A stretch of DNA of 64,000 nt, from NCBI RefSeq assembly GCF_006345805.1, contig NC_043008.1, positions 12,152,001 to 12,216,000 on the forward strand. Direction: 5' to 3'. Positions 13,276-25,802 of the stretch are shown here, piece by piece. Position 1 is the first letter of the stretch; each line of letters opens with the position of its first letter. A program made the translations under genes and the position numbers. The notes under the pieces are model-generated. The model made no database searches. It was not told the origin of the DNA and was given only the letters and a program-made list of their open reading frames with translations. The DNA comes from Octopus sinensis (taxonomy: Eukaryota).

Positions 13276-14100
13276 ATAACTTACCTGGTTGCACACTTCA
13301 CATAGTATTTCTGAAATTGCTGCTTTTTATGATTAAAAAAAAAAGGAGCAAAACAAAATAAACAAAATAAACAAACAAACAAACAAACAAAACCCTTAAG
13401 GTGTACAAAAATACTGTCAGCAAAGAGATTGCTAGCAAATAAGTTCAGTAAAGAATTCAGCATGCAGAATTTGGTTCCTACAAGAATTTGGTTCCCAGCT
13501 TCCGTTTTTTTGACGTGGTTCTCTAAGCGACAATAAATGAGAAGTCCAATACTGACTGTCTCTGAGAACTGCTGAATGGCATAATTAAGAATTGAAGATT
13601 TTGAAAAGAAATTCCAAATGGAGAAGAGGCGAAGCCTAGAATCAAGGAGTTTTGAAATGATCCTTAGAGAGACACTTTTAGTTTGCAGGAAAGAACCCTG
13701 GAGCTGTTTGTGTGTTTGTGTGTCTTTTACTGGTTTTAGTCATTTGACTGTGGCCATGCTGGATTGCTGCCTTTTGTCGAACAAATTGATCCACAGGACT
13801 CCATTCTTTGTAAGCCTAGTACTTATTCTATCGGTCTCTTTTGCTGAACCGCTAAGTTACAGGGACATAAACACACCAACATCACTTGTCAAGAAAAGAT
13901 GGGGGGACGACAAACACAGACACACAAAAGCACACACACACAAATGCACATACACTTATACGACGGGCTTCTTTCAGTTTCCTTCTACCAAATCCACTCA
14001 CAAGTCTTTGGTCGACCCGAGGCTATAGCAGAGGACACTTCCTAAGGTACCACACAGTGGGACTGAATCCAGAACCATATGTATGTGTGTGTGTATATGT

Positions 14101-14139
<39 letters not shown>

Positions 14140-14892
14140 CGTGTGTGTGTATAATATGTGCTACCATTAATCCAGACATGTTCTTTTTCCCTCCATCTGT
14201 TTTCTCTCCTCATTCCTTTCCGTAGAAGAGCATAGGATTGAAACCTTAAAGACTTCTTCAGTTTTTCCTGAGTGTCAAACTAATACACGTTTTTTGTTGT
14301 TCCTTCGCCTATCTCTTTCTTCATTTTTTTGTTTTTTGTGTGTGTATAATCCTTTGTATAATTTTGACCAGCTAAGCCATTGTGTAATGATATTTTAGCT
14401 GGATGCAACTTCGAAGTCACTATCAATAATATTCTTATTTAAGAATAATAAATTTGTACTCTACATAAGTATAGAGCAACCTACCAGATCTATGTAAAAT
14501 TGGTTTTTTATTACACTTCAACTAAAAACAAACAAACATTAATATATGCATAACATTGCCATCATCATCATCGTCATCATCATCATCATCATCATCATTT
14601 AATGTCCATTTTCCATGCTGGCACAAGTTTTTGTTTTGGCTTGGTTTCTACGGCTGGATGCCCTTCCCAACACCAACCACTTTACAGAGTGCAATGGGTG
14701 CTTTAACACAGCACTGGCATGGGTTTGTTTACATGGCACTGGTATGGGTGCTTTTTAGGTTAGCACCAGCACCCATGAACCTGCATGATTATAAATGCTC
14801 AGCTAGAGAGGGATGCAAGGGACAAGCCTTTCACACACACACACACACACACGCATGTGCATGTGTACACATTCATATATGTTTGTATATGC

Positions 14893-14937
<45 letters not shown>

Positions 14938-16012
14938 GATAAATGCTGCCCTTTTCAAGCCTAGCCAGGCTCATGGGCCCGGTTTCCCGGTTTCTGTGGC
15001 ATATGTGTTCCCCCCAGCTGGACGTGACGCCAGTCCATCGCACCGTTACTTAAGAAACAGGAAGAGAGAGTGAGAGAAAGTTGTGTTCAAAAGAGTACAA
15101 CAGGGGTCACCCCCACCTGCCGGAGTCTTGCGGAGCTTTTAGGTGTTTTTCCCGGTCTGGGAATCGAAACCGCAATCCTCTGACCGCGAGTCTGCTACCC
15201 ACACCACTGGGCCATTGTGCCTCCACGTATACACACATACACACACATATGCACACACACACACACACACATATATATGGAGATAGATATATTTACACAC
15301 ACTGTGTTCCTATATGCATAAACACAACCGAAATACAAAAACATGAACATACAGGTGTTATACAAAAGGATGCTGCTTAATTTTTATATTAATATAATTA
15401 ACATTTTAACATGGTTAACAGCGAAGGTAATATAGTTTATTAAAAAAAAAAGCCACATAACAACGGCACAGGTGCCATAATATTGATGTTTAATGAAGCC
15501 AGCTTGTATCATGCAATCTACGCCGTTCCAAATTACAAACTCTACTCAACACACACATACATACATGTACATATTCACAGTGACACACAGACAGTCAGAT
15601 ACATACACATTCATAATTAGGACGAAATATTTCCATTCATCTCTTTCAATAAATTTAAAATCTAATTAGAGTGATTTTAATGGCAACCAAGTTAAAACAA
15701 TGGGGTGTAATATATTATTGTTATATGTGTTTAATGAAGCCTCTTTCTTTTACTGTTCGTCATTCTACAAAACTTTCTAAATTATTGAACACCATTTTAC
15801 AGTTCTGGTTTAATGAAATCATTTTGTTCTTCCTTTATCTTGTTTCTTTCTATACCATTTTCAAGAGGCAGCGAGCTGGCAGAATCATTAAAACATTGAA
15901 GAAAACTGCTTACCAGTATTTATTTCCAGGCCTTCAGTTCTGAGTTCAAAGCTGACTGAAGTCGACTTTACCATTCAGCTTTCTAGGTCAATTAAATAAA
16001 GCACTTTGTGGA

Positions 16013-16256
16013 GGCGCGTGGCTTAGTGGTTAGGGTGTCAGCATCATGATCGTAAGATTGTAGTTTCGATTCCTGGACTGGGTGACGCATTGGGTTCTTG
16101 AGAAAAACACTTCATTTCACATTGCTCCAGTCCACTCAGCTGGCAAAAATGAGTAACACTGCGATGGACTGGCGTCCCGTCCAGCTGGGGAACTCACATG
16201 CCATAGAAACCAGGAAACCGGGCCCATGAGCATGGCTAAGCTTTACAAAGGGCATA
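16013..16256 (+). mobile_element. Family D tRNA-SINE (Nin/V-like central domain); also about 14945-15225(-), 53180-53480(-)
   Basis: A/B-box head, ...ccactcagctg...gcgatggactggcgtcccgtccag...gaaaccggg. Confidence 0.75.
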
Positions 16257-16896
16257 TTTATTTATTTTTATTAAATAAAGCACTGGTCAAGAATTGGGGT
16301 TAATTCAATTAACTAATTCCATCCTCTTAAAACTGCAGACCTTGTGCCAAAATTTGAAACGGTTATTATGGTGGTGAGCTAGCAGAATTGTTAATACATC
16401 GGACAAAATGCTTAGTGACATCTCTGCTGGCTCTTTATGTTCTGAATCCAAATCGCACCAAAGCCATTGGTGCCTTTTGACCCTTGAGGGTCCATGTGAT
16501 TAAAACAGGAATCAAAAAGGGGTCAATAGGTAAATAACTAGCATAGAAATCAAAGGGAGTCCATAGGCAGCAAATGGTTGAAAACCTCTGGTGTAGGTGA
16601 TGTAAGTCTGGGCAATTATTTGTTAGTGTCTGCAGGAAAAAAAAATGTGATTAGGGAAAGAAGTCGGTATATGATCTGAATGATGTTAAACCAAGCATTG
16701 TCCAAGACGAAGCCTAAACTTAAGCAAGATTCCATTAAAATCATGCAACACATTATAGAATCCTTATAGGAAAAAGAAACTAATGGAAGGATTTGGATGA
16801 ATTTTTACTTTGTAACTATTTTTATTGTTAATTCTATCATGCTGAGTTGAAGGTTTTTCTCAGTTAAGTGGCTTTTGTGGACTCTATTTGTTGATT

Positions 16897-17258
16897 ACTC
16901 TTTTACTTTTTTACTTGTTTCAGTCATTTGACTGTGGCCATGCTGGAGCACCGCCTTTAGTCGAGCAAATTGATCCCAGGACTTATTCTTTGTAAGCCTA
17001 GTACTTATTCTGTCGGTCTCTTTTGCCGAACGGCTAAGTTACGGAGGTGTAAACACACCAGCATCGGTTGTCAAGCGATATATACATATACATATATGCG
17101 ACAGGCTTCTTTTAGTTTCCGTCTACCAAATCCACTCACAAGGCTTTGGTTGGCCCGAGGCTATAGTAGAAGACACTTGCCCAAGGTGCCATGCAGTGGG
17201 ACTGAACCTGGAACCATGTGGTTGGTAAGCAAGCTACTTACCACACAGCCACTCCTAC
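16897..17258 (-). mobile_element. Family B SINE, full length
   Basis: Same head, core and tail. Other copies at about 13725-14075(-), 23808-24190, 24611-24990, 25396-25772, 37340-37648(-), 43757-44163, 60648-61042. Confidence 0.85.
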
Positions 17259-17508
17259 GTTTGAAAATATTTAAGAAGATTTATTTTGTAGGTACAAAGT
17301 TATCATCTGGCTTTGTACCTACGACATAAGAGTGTCGCTGTGTGGTTGAGAAGCACATTTTGTAACCATGTGGTTTGGAGTTCAGTCCCTCTATGCAGCA
17401 CCTTGGGCAAGTTTCTTCTTCTTTTAGCCCTGGGCCAGCCAATGCCTTGTGAGTGGATTTGGAGAAACTGTGTGGAAGCCTGCTATATGTGTGTGCGTGT
17501 ATCTGTGT

Positions 17509-17544
<36 letters not shown>

Positions 17545-18546
17545 TGAGTGTGTGTGTGTGTCTATGTGTTTGTTTCTGCTTCCCTTCTTGATAATTGGGG
17601 TTAGTTTCTTTATGTCCTAGTGACATAGCAGTTCAACAAAAGGCATTGATAGAATAAGCACCAGTCTTTCAAAATAAGCAAAATAAGTCCTGGAGTTGAT
17701 TTCTTTAACTGAATATATCAAAGCAGTGCCCCAGCATGGCAACAGTTCAGTAACTGAAACCAGTCAAAAATAAAAGAAGATAGAGCATAACCTGAAATGA
17801 TATTATTTGTTAGTGTCTGCAGGAAAAAAATGTGATTAGGGAAAGAAGTCGGTATATGACCTGAAGGATGTTAAACCAAGCATTAAAATCATCCAACACA
17901 TTATGGAATACTTATAGGAAAAAGAAATTGATGGAAGAATTTGGATGAATTTTAAATTTGTAACCATTTTAATTGTTAACTCTATCATGCTGAGTTGAAG
18001 GTTTTTCTCAGCCGAGGGGCTTTTGTGGACTCTATTTGTAGATTGAAAATATTTCAGAAGATTTATTTTGTAGGTACAAAGTTGTCATATGGCTTTGCAC
18101 CTACGAAATAAAAGCGTCACTGTGTGGTTGAGAAGCACATTCAACAAAAGGCATTGATAGAATAAGCACCAGTCTTTCAAAATAAGGAAAATAAATGCTG
18201 GAGTTGATTTCTTTAACTAAATACTTCAAAGCGGTGCCCCAGCATGGCAACAGTTCAGTAACTGAAACCAGTCAAAAATAAAGATCAGACTGGAGACTGA
18301 TGTAGCCTTCTGGCTTCCCAGATCCCCGGTCGAACCGTCCAACCCATGCTAGCATGGAGAACGGACGTTAAACGATGATGATGATGACAGCGTAACTTGA
18401 AATGATATTTATAAGGTCACAGTCTCTCTAAACAGCTTGTATTTCTTCTGTTGCATTGTTGTCATTTATAATTATTCAATAGTGCCGTCTCTACCTTTGT
18501 ATTAAGAAGTGCATTAACCTTTGCGATACAATAATAAGATTCCCAC

Positions 18547-18905
18547 TTGTTACTGCCGCCTTAGCAAAGGTAGAGGTATTGTTTTCAGTCATGTTTGTGG
18601 ACAAGATATCTCAAGAACCGCAGGATAGATTCAGATGAAATGTTCAGGGATGTTTGGCCATGTGACTGGCACAAACTGATTAGATTTTGGGATTGATCCA
18701 GTACCAGAAAAGGATTCTGGATTATTTTTCCGATTTTTTTTCTTACTTAATTTTTGAGAGAGGTCTGGTTCATTTTTAGTATTCTCGCTTGTGAGAGCAA
18801 TCGAGTTTATTTCAGATATTCTCATTTTAAAAATCATCTCTGGCTAATCATTGAGAGGATGTGGTGTTGCCTTGGCAGAAGTTTGCATGCTCTGAGTGCT
18901 CTTGT
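18547..18905 (+). mobile_element. Helentron/DINE-1 (HINE)-like non-autonomous element; partial second copy at 19232-19425
   Basis: 5' short hairpin (ccgccttagcaaaggtag); 3' ccttggc(g/a)ga(g/a)gtttgc followed by a gca...gagtg hairpin and TT. Confidence 0.45.
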
Positions 18906-19509
18906 TACTATTATTATTATTATTATTGAGTGAGAAAGCAGTTCATGCCATCAAAGTGACACTGGGGTAAAATATACGAAGCCCAATATACCCATCATGA
19001 CTACCTGTCTGATAAGGGTACACCAGGCACATGCATCACAACCATATGTGCGCGACATGGTGATCTCATATCAAGATAAACAGCACATGACCTTGCAGGT
19101 GGGGCCCAGTTAGAATTTTCTTCAGGTTGAGTAGCCCATCTTGCTCAAAAGGTCCCTGAATAAGGGTTGTTTAAGGATGTTGAAAGAACCACCCATGTTT
19201 CCAAGGATGAATTATTCAAGGTTTCCTATGGGTTAATCACTGGATTATTTTTCTGGTTTTTTTTTACTTAATTTTTGAGAGCGGTCTGGTTTATTTTTAG
19301 TGTTCTCTTTTGTGAGAGCAGTCGATTTTATTTCAGATATTCTCATTTTAAAAATCATCTCTGGCTAATCATTGAGAGGACGTTGGTGTTGCCTTGGCGG
19401 AGGTTTGCACTTTCTGAGTGTTCTTTTTTTTTCTTTCTCTATCAATATAAACAATGTGTGACTTTCTGATTGGGTGACAAGAATAACTTAAAAATTGCAA
19501 TTATATCAG

Positions 19510-19830
19510 CTATGTGTGAGTGTATGTGTCCGTGTGTGTACTGGGTGCTTGCATATGTTTATGTATGAGCATTTATACATGTGCATCCATGTGTGCAGTA
19601 AGCAGTGTATGCATACATGCATACATACATCACACATGTGCATATATGGATGTGTATACATGTATGTTTGTATATATGTATGTCTACTGGATGCTTGCAT
19701 ACATTTATGTGTGAGCATATGTGTGTGCACATGTGTGCAGTATTTATGCAATGTATGCATGCATACAGGCATGTATGTGGGTATATGAATGTGTATACAT
19801 GTGTGTATATGTATGTGTAATGTAAGTTTG

Positions 19831-19862
<32 letters not shown>

Positions 19863-20425
19863 TATGCATGTGTATATGGGTGTGTGCATATTTGTGTGCA
19901 CATGTGTGCATATATGAATGTATGTACACGTTTGTGTATGTGTGTGAACCATATACTTGCATACATGCATATATGGATGTTTGTATATGTATGTTTGTAT
20001 AAGTGTGTGCACATATATGCATATATGGATGTGAGTACATGTGTGTATGTGTGTCCAGAGTATGCTTGTATAATTACATGTGTGTACATGTATATAAGTG
20101 TGTGTGCAAATATATTGCCATATATGCATGAATGTGTGTGTACATATGTGTGCAGTTTATACATGCATGTGTGAATATATGTATGTGTATATGTGCATGT
20201 GTCCATGTGTGTGTGCATCCTTGCATGCACATGTGTATAGCTTAAACATGCACACATGCAAGGAAGTGTGCATATATGGATGTGTATGTGTGCATATGTT
20301 CATATGGGTCTGCATCCATATATGCAGATGTGTGCATATATTTTTGTACATGTGTGTGCATGCTTATATGACTGTGTATACATGTGGATTTCAATGCAGG
20401 CATGCATGTGTGCATGTGTGCATGT
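19510..20425. repeat. Cryptic (GT/AT) array
   Basis: Direct reading. Similar arrays at 3440-3960, 32160-33240, 34990-35460, 42295-43060. Confidence 0.95.
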
Positions 20426-20431
20426 CGGTTA

Positions 20432-20500
20432 TCAGTGTATTGTATTTCTCAGCTTGCAACGTGCAACATATCTGATGCTGATAATATCACTTGCAGCTTT
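20432..20500 (-). CDS. Candidate (possibly terminal) exon (KAASDIISIRYVARCKLRNTIH*)
   Basis: Strong tttctctcttacatatttttttgcgttaag acceptor; phase 0; in-frame TGA. Confidence 0.3.
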   Translation of the reverse strand, partial: KAASDIISIRYVARCKLRNTIH

Positions 20501-20699
20501 CTTAACGCAAAAAAATATGTAAGAGAGAAATTGGTACAGGTGAGGGGGGGGGCGGGTCTAACAACCCACACCACCGACAACAATTACTTCAGACAATCCT
20601 TATATGGCATTCACATCAGATACAAAAGATATTGTGCTAAATGTTTACAAATGAAATGAATCAGAAGATAGCATCAAAAATTCAAAATTTTACATCAGA

Positions 20700-20712
20700 T
20701 GTGGCTTTCTTT

Positions 20713-20743
<31 letters not shown>

Positions 20744-21035
20744 TTTCTTTCTTTTTTCTTTCTTTCTTCCTTTCTTTTTCTCCTTCCTTTCTTTTTTACT
20801 TCTTTCTTCATTGTTTTGCTTCTTTCTATCTTTCTTTCTGTTAGTCGCATTCCCTTTCTTTCTTTCATTTCATTTATTCCTTCCTTCCTTCTTTTCTTCC
20901 TTTCTTTCTTTCATTCTTTCTTTCCTTCTTTTTCCTTCCTTCTTTTAATCTTTTCTTTTCATTCTCTTCCTTCTCTTCTTTCTCTTCTTTCTTCCTTCTT
21001 TTGTTTCTTTCTACCTTTCTTTCTGCTAGCCACAT

Positions 21036-21071
<36 letters not shown>

Positions 21072-21340
21072 TTTCCTTTCTTCCTTCTTTCTTTCTTTCA
21101 TTCTTTCTTCCCTTTTTTTCCTTCCTTCTTTTAATCTTTTCTTTTCATTCTCTTTCTTCTTTTCTTTCTCTTTCATTTCATTTTGAAATTTAAGGAAAAT
21201 TTTTTTCTTCTTCTATTCTTCTCAGCCACATTTTCTTTCTTTCTTATTTTCATTCAATTTATCCCTTCCTTCCTTCCTTTCTTTATTTCTTTCCTTCTTT
21301 TTCTTTTCCTCTTTTCTTTTCTTTCTTTTCATTCACTTCT
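20700..21340. repeat. (CTTT)n polypyrimidine array; purine counterpart at 62415-62795
   Basis: Direct reading. Confidence 0.95.
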
Positions 21341-21597
21341 TTTGCAATTTAGGGAAAAAAATTTTTTCGTTCTTCGATTCCTCTCCTATTTTAATTCTTT
21401 CTTCACCACTTGCAAGAAAGCAACGCCTAAAGCATCGTAAAAAACAACAACAACAACAACAATAACAAATAAAGCCAAATTAACAAAATGGTAAAACTAA
21501 AAAAAAACAGAAAAAACGAAAAACGAAACCCCCCCAAAAAAACAACATAGAACGAGTCTCATTGCAAATATTGCTCATTCGTGCCAGAGTCTATTAC

Positions 21598-21701
21598 AAT
21601 TTGTTCTAATTTTAGCTGCTGTCTGCTGCCAATAAGCATTTCATTGAAGAATGCACTTTTCAGCCATGCTTCATTGACATATGAAAAGAGAGTCTGCAGA
21701 G
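21598..21701 (-). CDS. Candidate exon (LQTLFSYVNEAWLKSAFFNEMLIGSRQQLKLEQI)
   Basis: T-rich acceptor ending tctaaag, GTAATA donor, 104 nt, phase 1 to 0. Confidence 0.4.
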
Positions 21702-22138
21702 CTTTAGAATCAGATTCAAAAAAAAGAAAAAGAAAAAACTGCAAATAACAAAATTGCAAAATTAAAATGAAATAAAATAAAATAAATTACGGTGATTCGG
21801 AAACCTGGGTACTTAGGTACTCTGGTGCTAATATTATTCAGGTTATACGCTCGCATGCATTGCTTCTCTCCCGGATGTTCAGTCACACTTGTGATTTTTG
21901 AGTTTGTTGCTGTGGCTGCGTGGTTAAGAAGTTTGTTTTCCATCTCTGTGGTTTGTGGTTCAGTCCCACTGTGTGGCACCCTTGGGCTGACTGAAGTTTT
22001 ATGAGTGGATTTGGTTGAGAAACTGAAAAGAAGCCCATTGGTGAAAATATTTGTTAAAATCTGTTCAATTTGTTTTTTGTTTCAGTTGATCAATTGACTA
22101 ATTGCATCAATGGAACTACAAACACACCGTTAAATCCA

Positions 22139-22514
22139 TTCTATATTTAAGAGATGAGGAATTATGTACATTATTTACATTATTTACATTTGACAGAAAT
22201 TTGTCCTCATTTTGTTTGTTGTTAACACAATATTTTGGCTGATATATCCTCCAGCCTTCATCAGGTGTTTTAGGGAAATTTCAAACCTGGATTCTCAATT
22301 CCTAAGGTATTTTCCATGTTGTTGTTGTTGTTGTTGTTGTTATTATTATCATTATTATTATTATTAAAGTAACAACCTGGAATTGAACTTGGAATCTTGG
22401 GGTTAGTAGCCTGTGCTCTTAACCGCTATGCCATATGCCCAACAAATGTGATGAGGGCAAATATCCGTCAAATGTAAATAGTGTACATAATTCCTGATCT
22501 CTTAAATATAGAAC
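22139..22514 (-). mobile_element. tRNA-headed SINE with hammerhead-containing tail (family E), plus inverted 3'-end copy
   Basis: A/B-box head ending at 22440, simple-repeat linker, CUGAUGA core motif at 22224-22269; 22441-22514 is an inverted copy of the tail end. Confidence 0.75.
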
Positions 22515-22659
22515 TGTATTATACTGGATGATGATGATTATTTGTGTTTTCTTGTATATCATTCCATGGAAACCTACCATATTAATTTGGTAATGCAACC
22601 ATAGATTTACAAAGTCAACTGCTGATGGTCTTCATCTTTGCAACTTGCTTTCGGATTAC

Positions 22660-22772
22660 CTGGAGATATATACCAACCAGCAAACCTTTTGTTAGTCAGG
22701 TATATTTGTATTAACAGAGAGCTTAAGAAGTATTTTCCTAGACTGATAATCTCTTCTTGATAGCTTTTTATT
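22660..22772 (-). CDS. Candidate exon (IKSYQEEIISLGKYFLSSLLIQIYLTNKRFAGWYISP)
   Basis: CAG|GTAATC donor, weak acceptor, 113 nt, phase 2 to 1. Confidence 0.35.
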
Positions 22773-23123
22773 CTGATATTGTGTGCTTTTTGTGTGTGTA
22801 TGTGTGTGTGTGTGTGTGAATGTGTGAGTGTATGTGTGTGTCAGTAGTGTGTGTATGCATATGCATGTGTCTCTTTGTGTCTCTTTGTGTCTCTTTGTGT
22901 CTCTTTGACATCGCATGATTGTTATAAATAAATGCCATTCATTTCCAATGTTCTGCAAAAACATGTCTGGCCTTGGAGAAATATTACTTGGGACACAGAC
23001 GAGGGGTAGTGATAGGAAGAGCATCTGGTTGAAGAAAATCTGCCTCCATAAACTCTGTTCTTCTTGTGCAAGCATGAAAAACTGGATATTAAAATGATGA
23101 TGATGATGAAAGTGATTAATGAT

Positions 23124-23155
<32 letters not shown>

Positions 23156-23230
23156 AATCAATGTGTATCTATAATTTTTCATTTTCCTTTCTTCATACGT
23201 ATATGCATTTTTTTGGGGGTTTTGGATTCA

Positions 23231-23598
23231 TATATCGAAATCGATCAACATCAATGAAAATTGTAGCTGTGATACCAGTGCTGGCGGCACGTAAGAGAAC
23301 CATCCGAACGTGGCCGATGCCAGTGCTGCACCGACAGGCCTCCATGCCGGTGGCACATAAAAAGCACCATCCGATCGTGGCTGTTGCCAGCCTCGTCTGG
23401 CACCTGTGCCAGTGGCATGTAAAAAGCACCCACTACACTCACGGAGTGGTTGGCGTTAGGAAGGGCATCCAGCTGTAGAAACATTGCCAGATCAGACTGG
23501 GCCTAGTGCAGCCTCCTGGCTTCCCAGACCCCAGTTGAACCATCCAACCCATGCTAGCATGGAAAGCGGACGCTAAACGATGATGATGATGATGATGA
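23231..23598 (+). mobile_element. Family C retroposon with internal hairpin repeats and (GAT)n tail
   Basis: Units gtgccggtggcacgtaaaaagcac; 3' end ggaaagcggacgctaaacgatgatg. Other copies at about 4485-4780, 4980-5480, 6215-6580, 10085-10345, 41115-41570, 46200-46545, 57290-57640, 63915-64000. Confidence 0.85.
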
Positions 23599-24471
23599 TT
23601 TTAATGCAGTTTTGTTACTATAAATAAAAACAAGGTTTGAAAAGAGAAAAAAAAACAAAACTAAACAAAAACAATAAGTACTAAGGTCAATACCTCCGAC
23701 TACTCGTTCATCAAGGTGGTGCCCCAGCATGGCCACAGTCAAATGGCTGAAACAACTAACAGATAAAATATAAAAGATACAATATTTATATATATATTGG
23801 TGGCGTGGATATGTGGTAAGAATCATGATTCACAACCATATGGTTCTGGAATCAGTTCCACTGCATGGCACCATGGGCAAGTGTCTTCAACTATAGCCTT
23901 GGGCCAACCAAAGCTTTGTGAGTGGATTTGGTAGACGGAAACTGAAAGAAGCCTGTTGTATATATATATATATAAATCTTTATTTGTGCGTGTCTTTGTT
24001 TCCCCCATCACTGCCTGACAACCAGTGTTGGTGTGTTTACGTCCCTGAAACTTAACAGTTCAATGAAAGAGAGCGATTGAAGAAGTACTAGGCTTAAAAA
24101 GTAAGTCCTGGGATCAATTTGTTTGACTAAGACCATTCATGGCAGTGCTCCAGCATGGCTGCAGTCAAATGGCTGAACCAGTAAAAGAATAAAAGAACAT
24201 ATATACGTGTGTGTGTGTGTGTGTGTGTGTTTGTGTATACATACATATATGCATATATACCAAAAATTAATTCACGAAGGTGTCGTTAATTCTATTATTA
24301 TCCAATGTAACTATTTTAAAAATGATTATAACAGAATCAATGACACAGGCGATAGCAGGCCAAAAAAAGCATTTCGCGATTTAATAAGAGTTTTTGACTG
24401 TTATTTCTAGCAGGTAGACATACTTAGTATGTCCTTTGAGTAATTTTAATCCCTCAGTTATATACACACAC

Positions 24472-24530
<59 letters not shown>

Positions 24531-24578
24531 CATATATATATATATACATACATACAATACAGACATATGTATATATAT

Positions 24579-24611
<33 letters not shown>

Positions 24612-25266
24612 GGCGCAGGAGTGGCTGTGTGGTAAGTAGCTTGCTAACCAACCACATGGTTCTGGGTTCAGTCCCACTGCGTGGCATCTTGGGCAAGTGT
24701 CTTCTGCTATAGCCCCGGGCCGACCAATGCCTTGTGAGTGGATTTGGTAGACGGAAACTGAAAGAAGCCTGTTGTATATATGTATATATAATATATATAT
24801 GTATGTGTTTGTCCCCCTAGCATTGCTTGACAACAGATGCTGGTGTGTTTACATTCCCGTCACTTAGCGGTTTGGCAAAAGAGACCGATAGAATAAGTAC
24901 TAGGCTTACAAAGAATAAGTCCCGGGGTCGATTTGCTCAACTAAAGGCGGTGCTCCAGCATGTAAACAAGTAAAAGAGAAAAAGAGAGTATATATGTGTG
25001 TGTGTGTGGTGTGTGTTTGTGTATACATACATATATGCATATATACCAAAAATTAATTCACGAAGGTGTCGTTAATTCTATTATTATCCAATGTAACTAT
25101 TTTAAAAATGATTATAACAGAATCAATGACACAGGCGATAGCAGGCCAAAAAAAGCATTTCGCGATTTAATAAGAGTTTTTGACTGTTATTTCTAGCAGG
25201 TAGACATACTTAGTATGTCCTTTGAGTAATTTTAATCCCTCAGTTATATGCACACACATATATATA

Positions 25267-25315
<49 letters not shown>

Positions 25316-25352
25316 CATATATATATATACATACATACAATACAGACATATG

Positions 25353-25388
<36 letters not shown>

Positions 25389-25771
25389 ATATATAGGCGC
25401 AGGAGTGGCTGTGTGGTAAGTAGCTTGCTAACCAACCACATGGTTCTGGGTTCAGTCCCACTGCGTGGCATCTTGGGCAAGTGTCTTCTGCTATAGCCCC
25501 GGGCCGACCAATGCCTTGTGAGTGGATTTGGTAGACGGAAACTGAAAGAAGCCTGTTGTATATATGTATATATATATATATATGTATGTGTTTGTCCCCC
25601 TAGCATTGCTTGACAACAGATGCTGGTGTGTTTACATTCCCGTCACTTAGCGGTTTGGCAAAAGAGACCGATAGAATAAGTACTAGGCTTACAAAGAATA
25701 AGTCCCGGGGTCGATTTGCTCAACTAAAGGCGGTGCTCCAGCATGTAAACAAGTAAAAGAGAAAAAGAGAG

Positions 25772-25802
<31 letters not shown>

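Noticed and set aside
12423-13361. Long ORFs (312, 205, 196, 183 aa) including poly-His and poly-Ser
   Set aside because: All frames of a (CAT/CAC)n array are open by construction. The same applies to the poly-YI, CV, HT and I ORFs throughout the track.
16013-16085. tRNA genes at SINE heads
   Set aside because: A/B boxes are present, but I could not build complete cloverleafs, and each head runs into a SINE body.
20453-20518. + strand exon LATCNISDADNITCSFLNAKKY with good splice signals
   Set aside because: It is the in-register antisense of the minus candidate exon, and no + strand chain could be built. Not fully excluded.
22900-23100. ORF MLAQEEQSLWRQIFFNQ...
   Set aside because: Contains the gatgc(t/c)cttcct motif and CAT-repeat end shared with family C-like retroposon tails, so it is repeat-derived.
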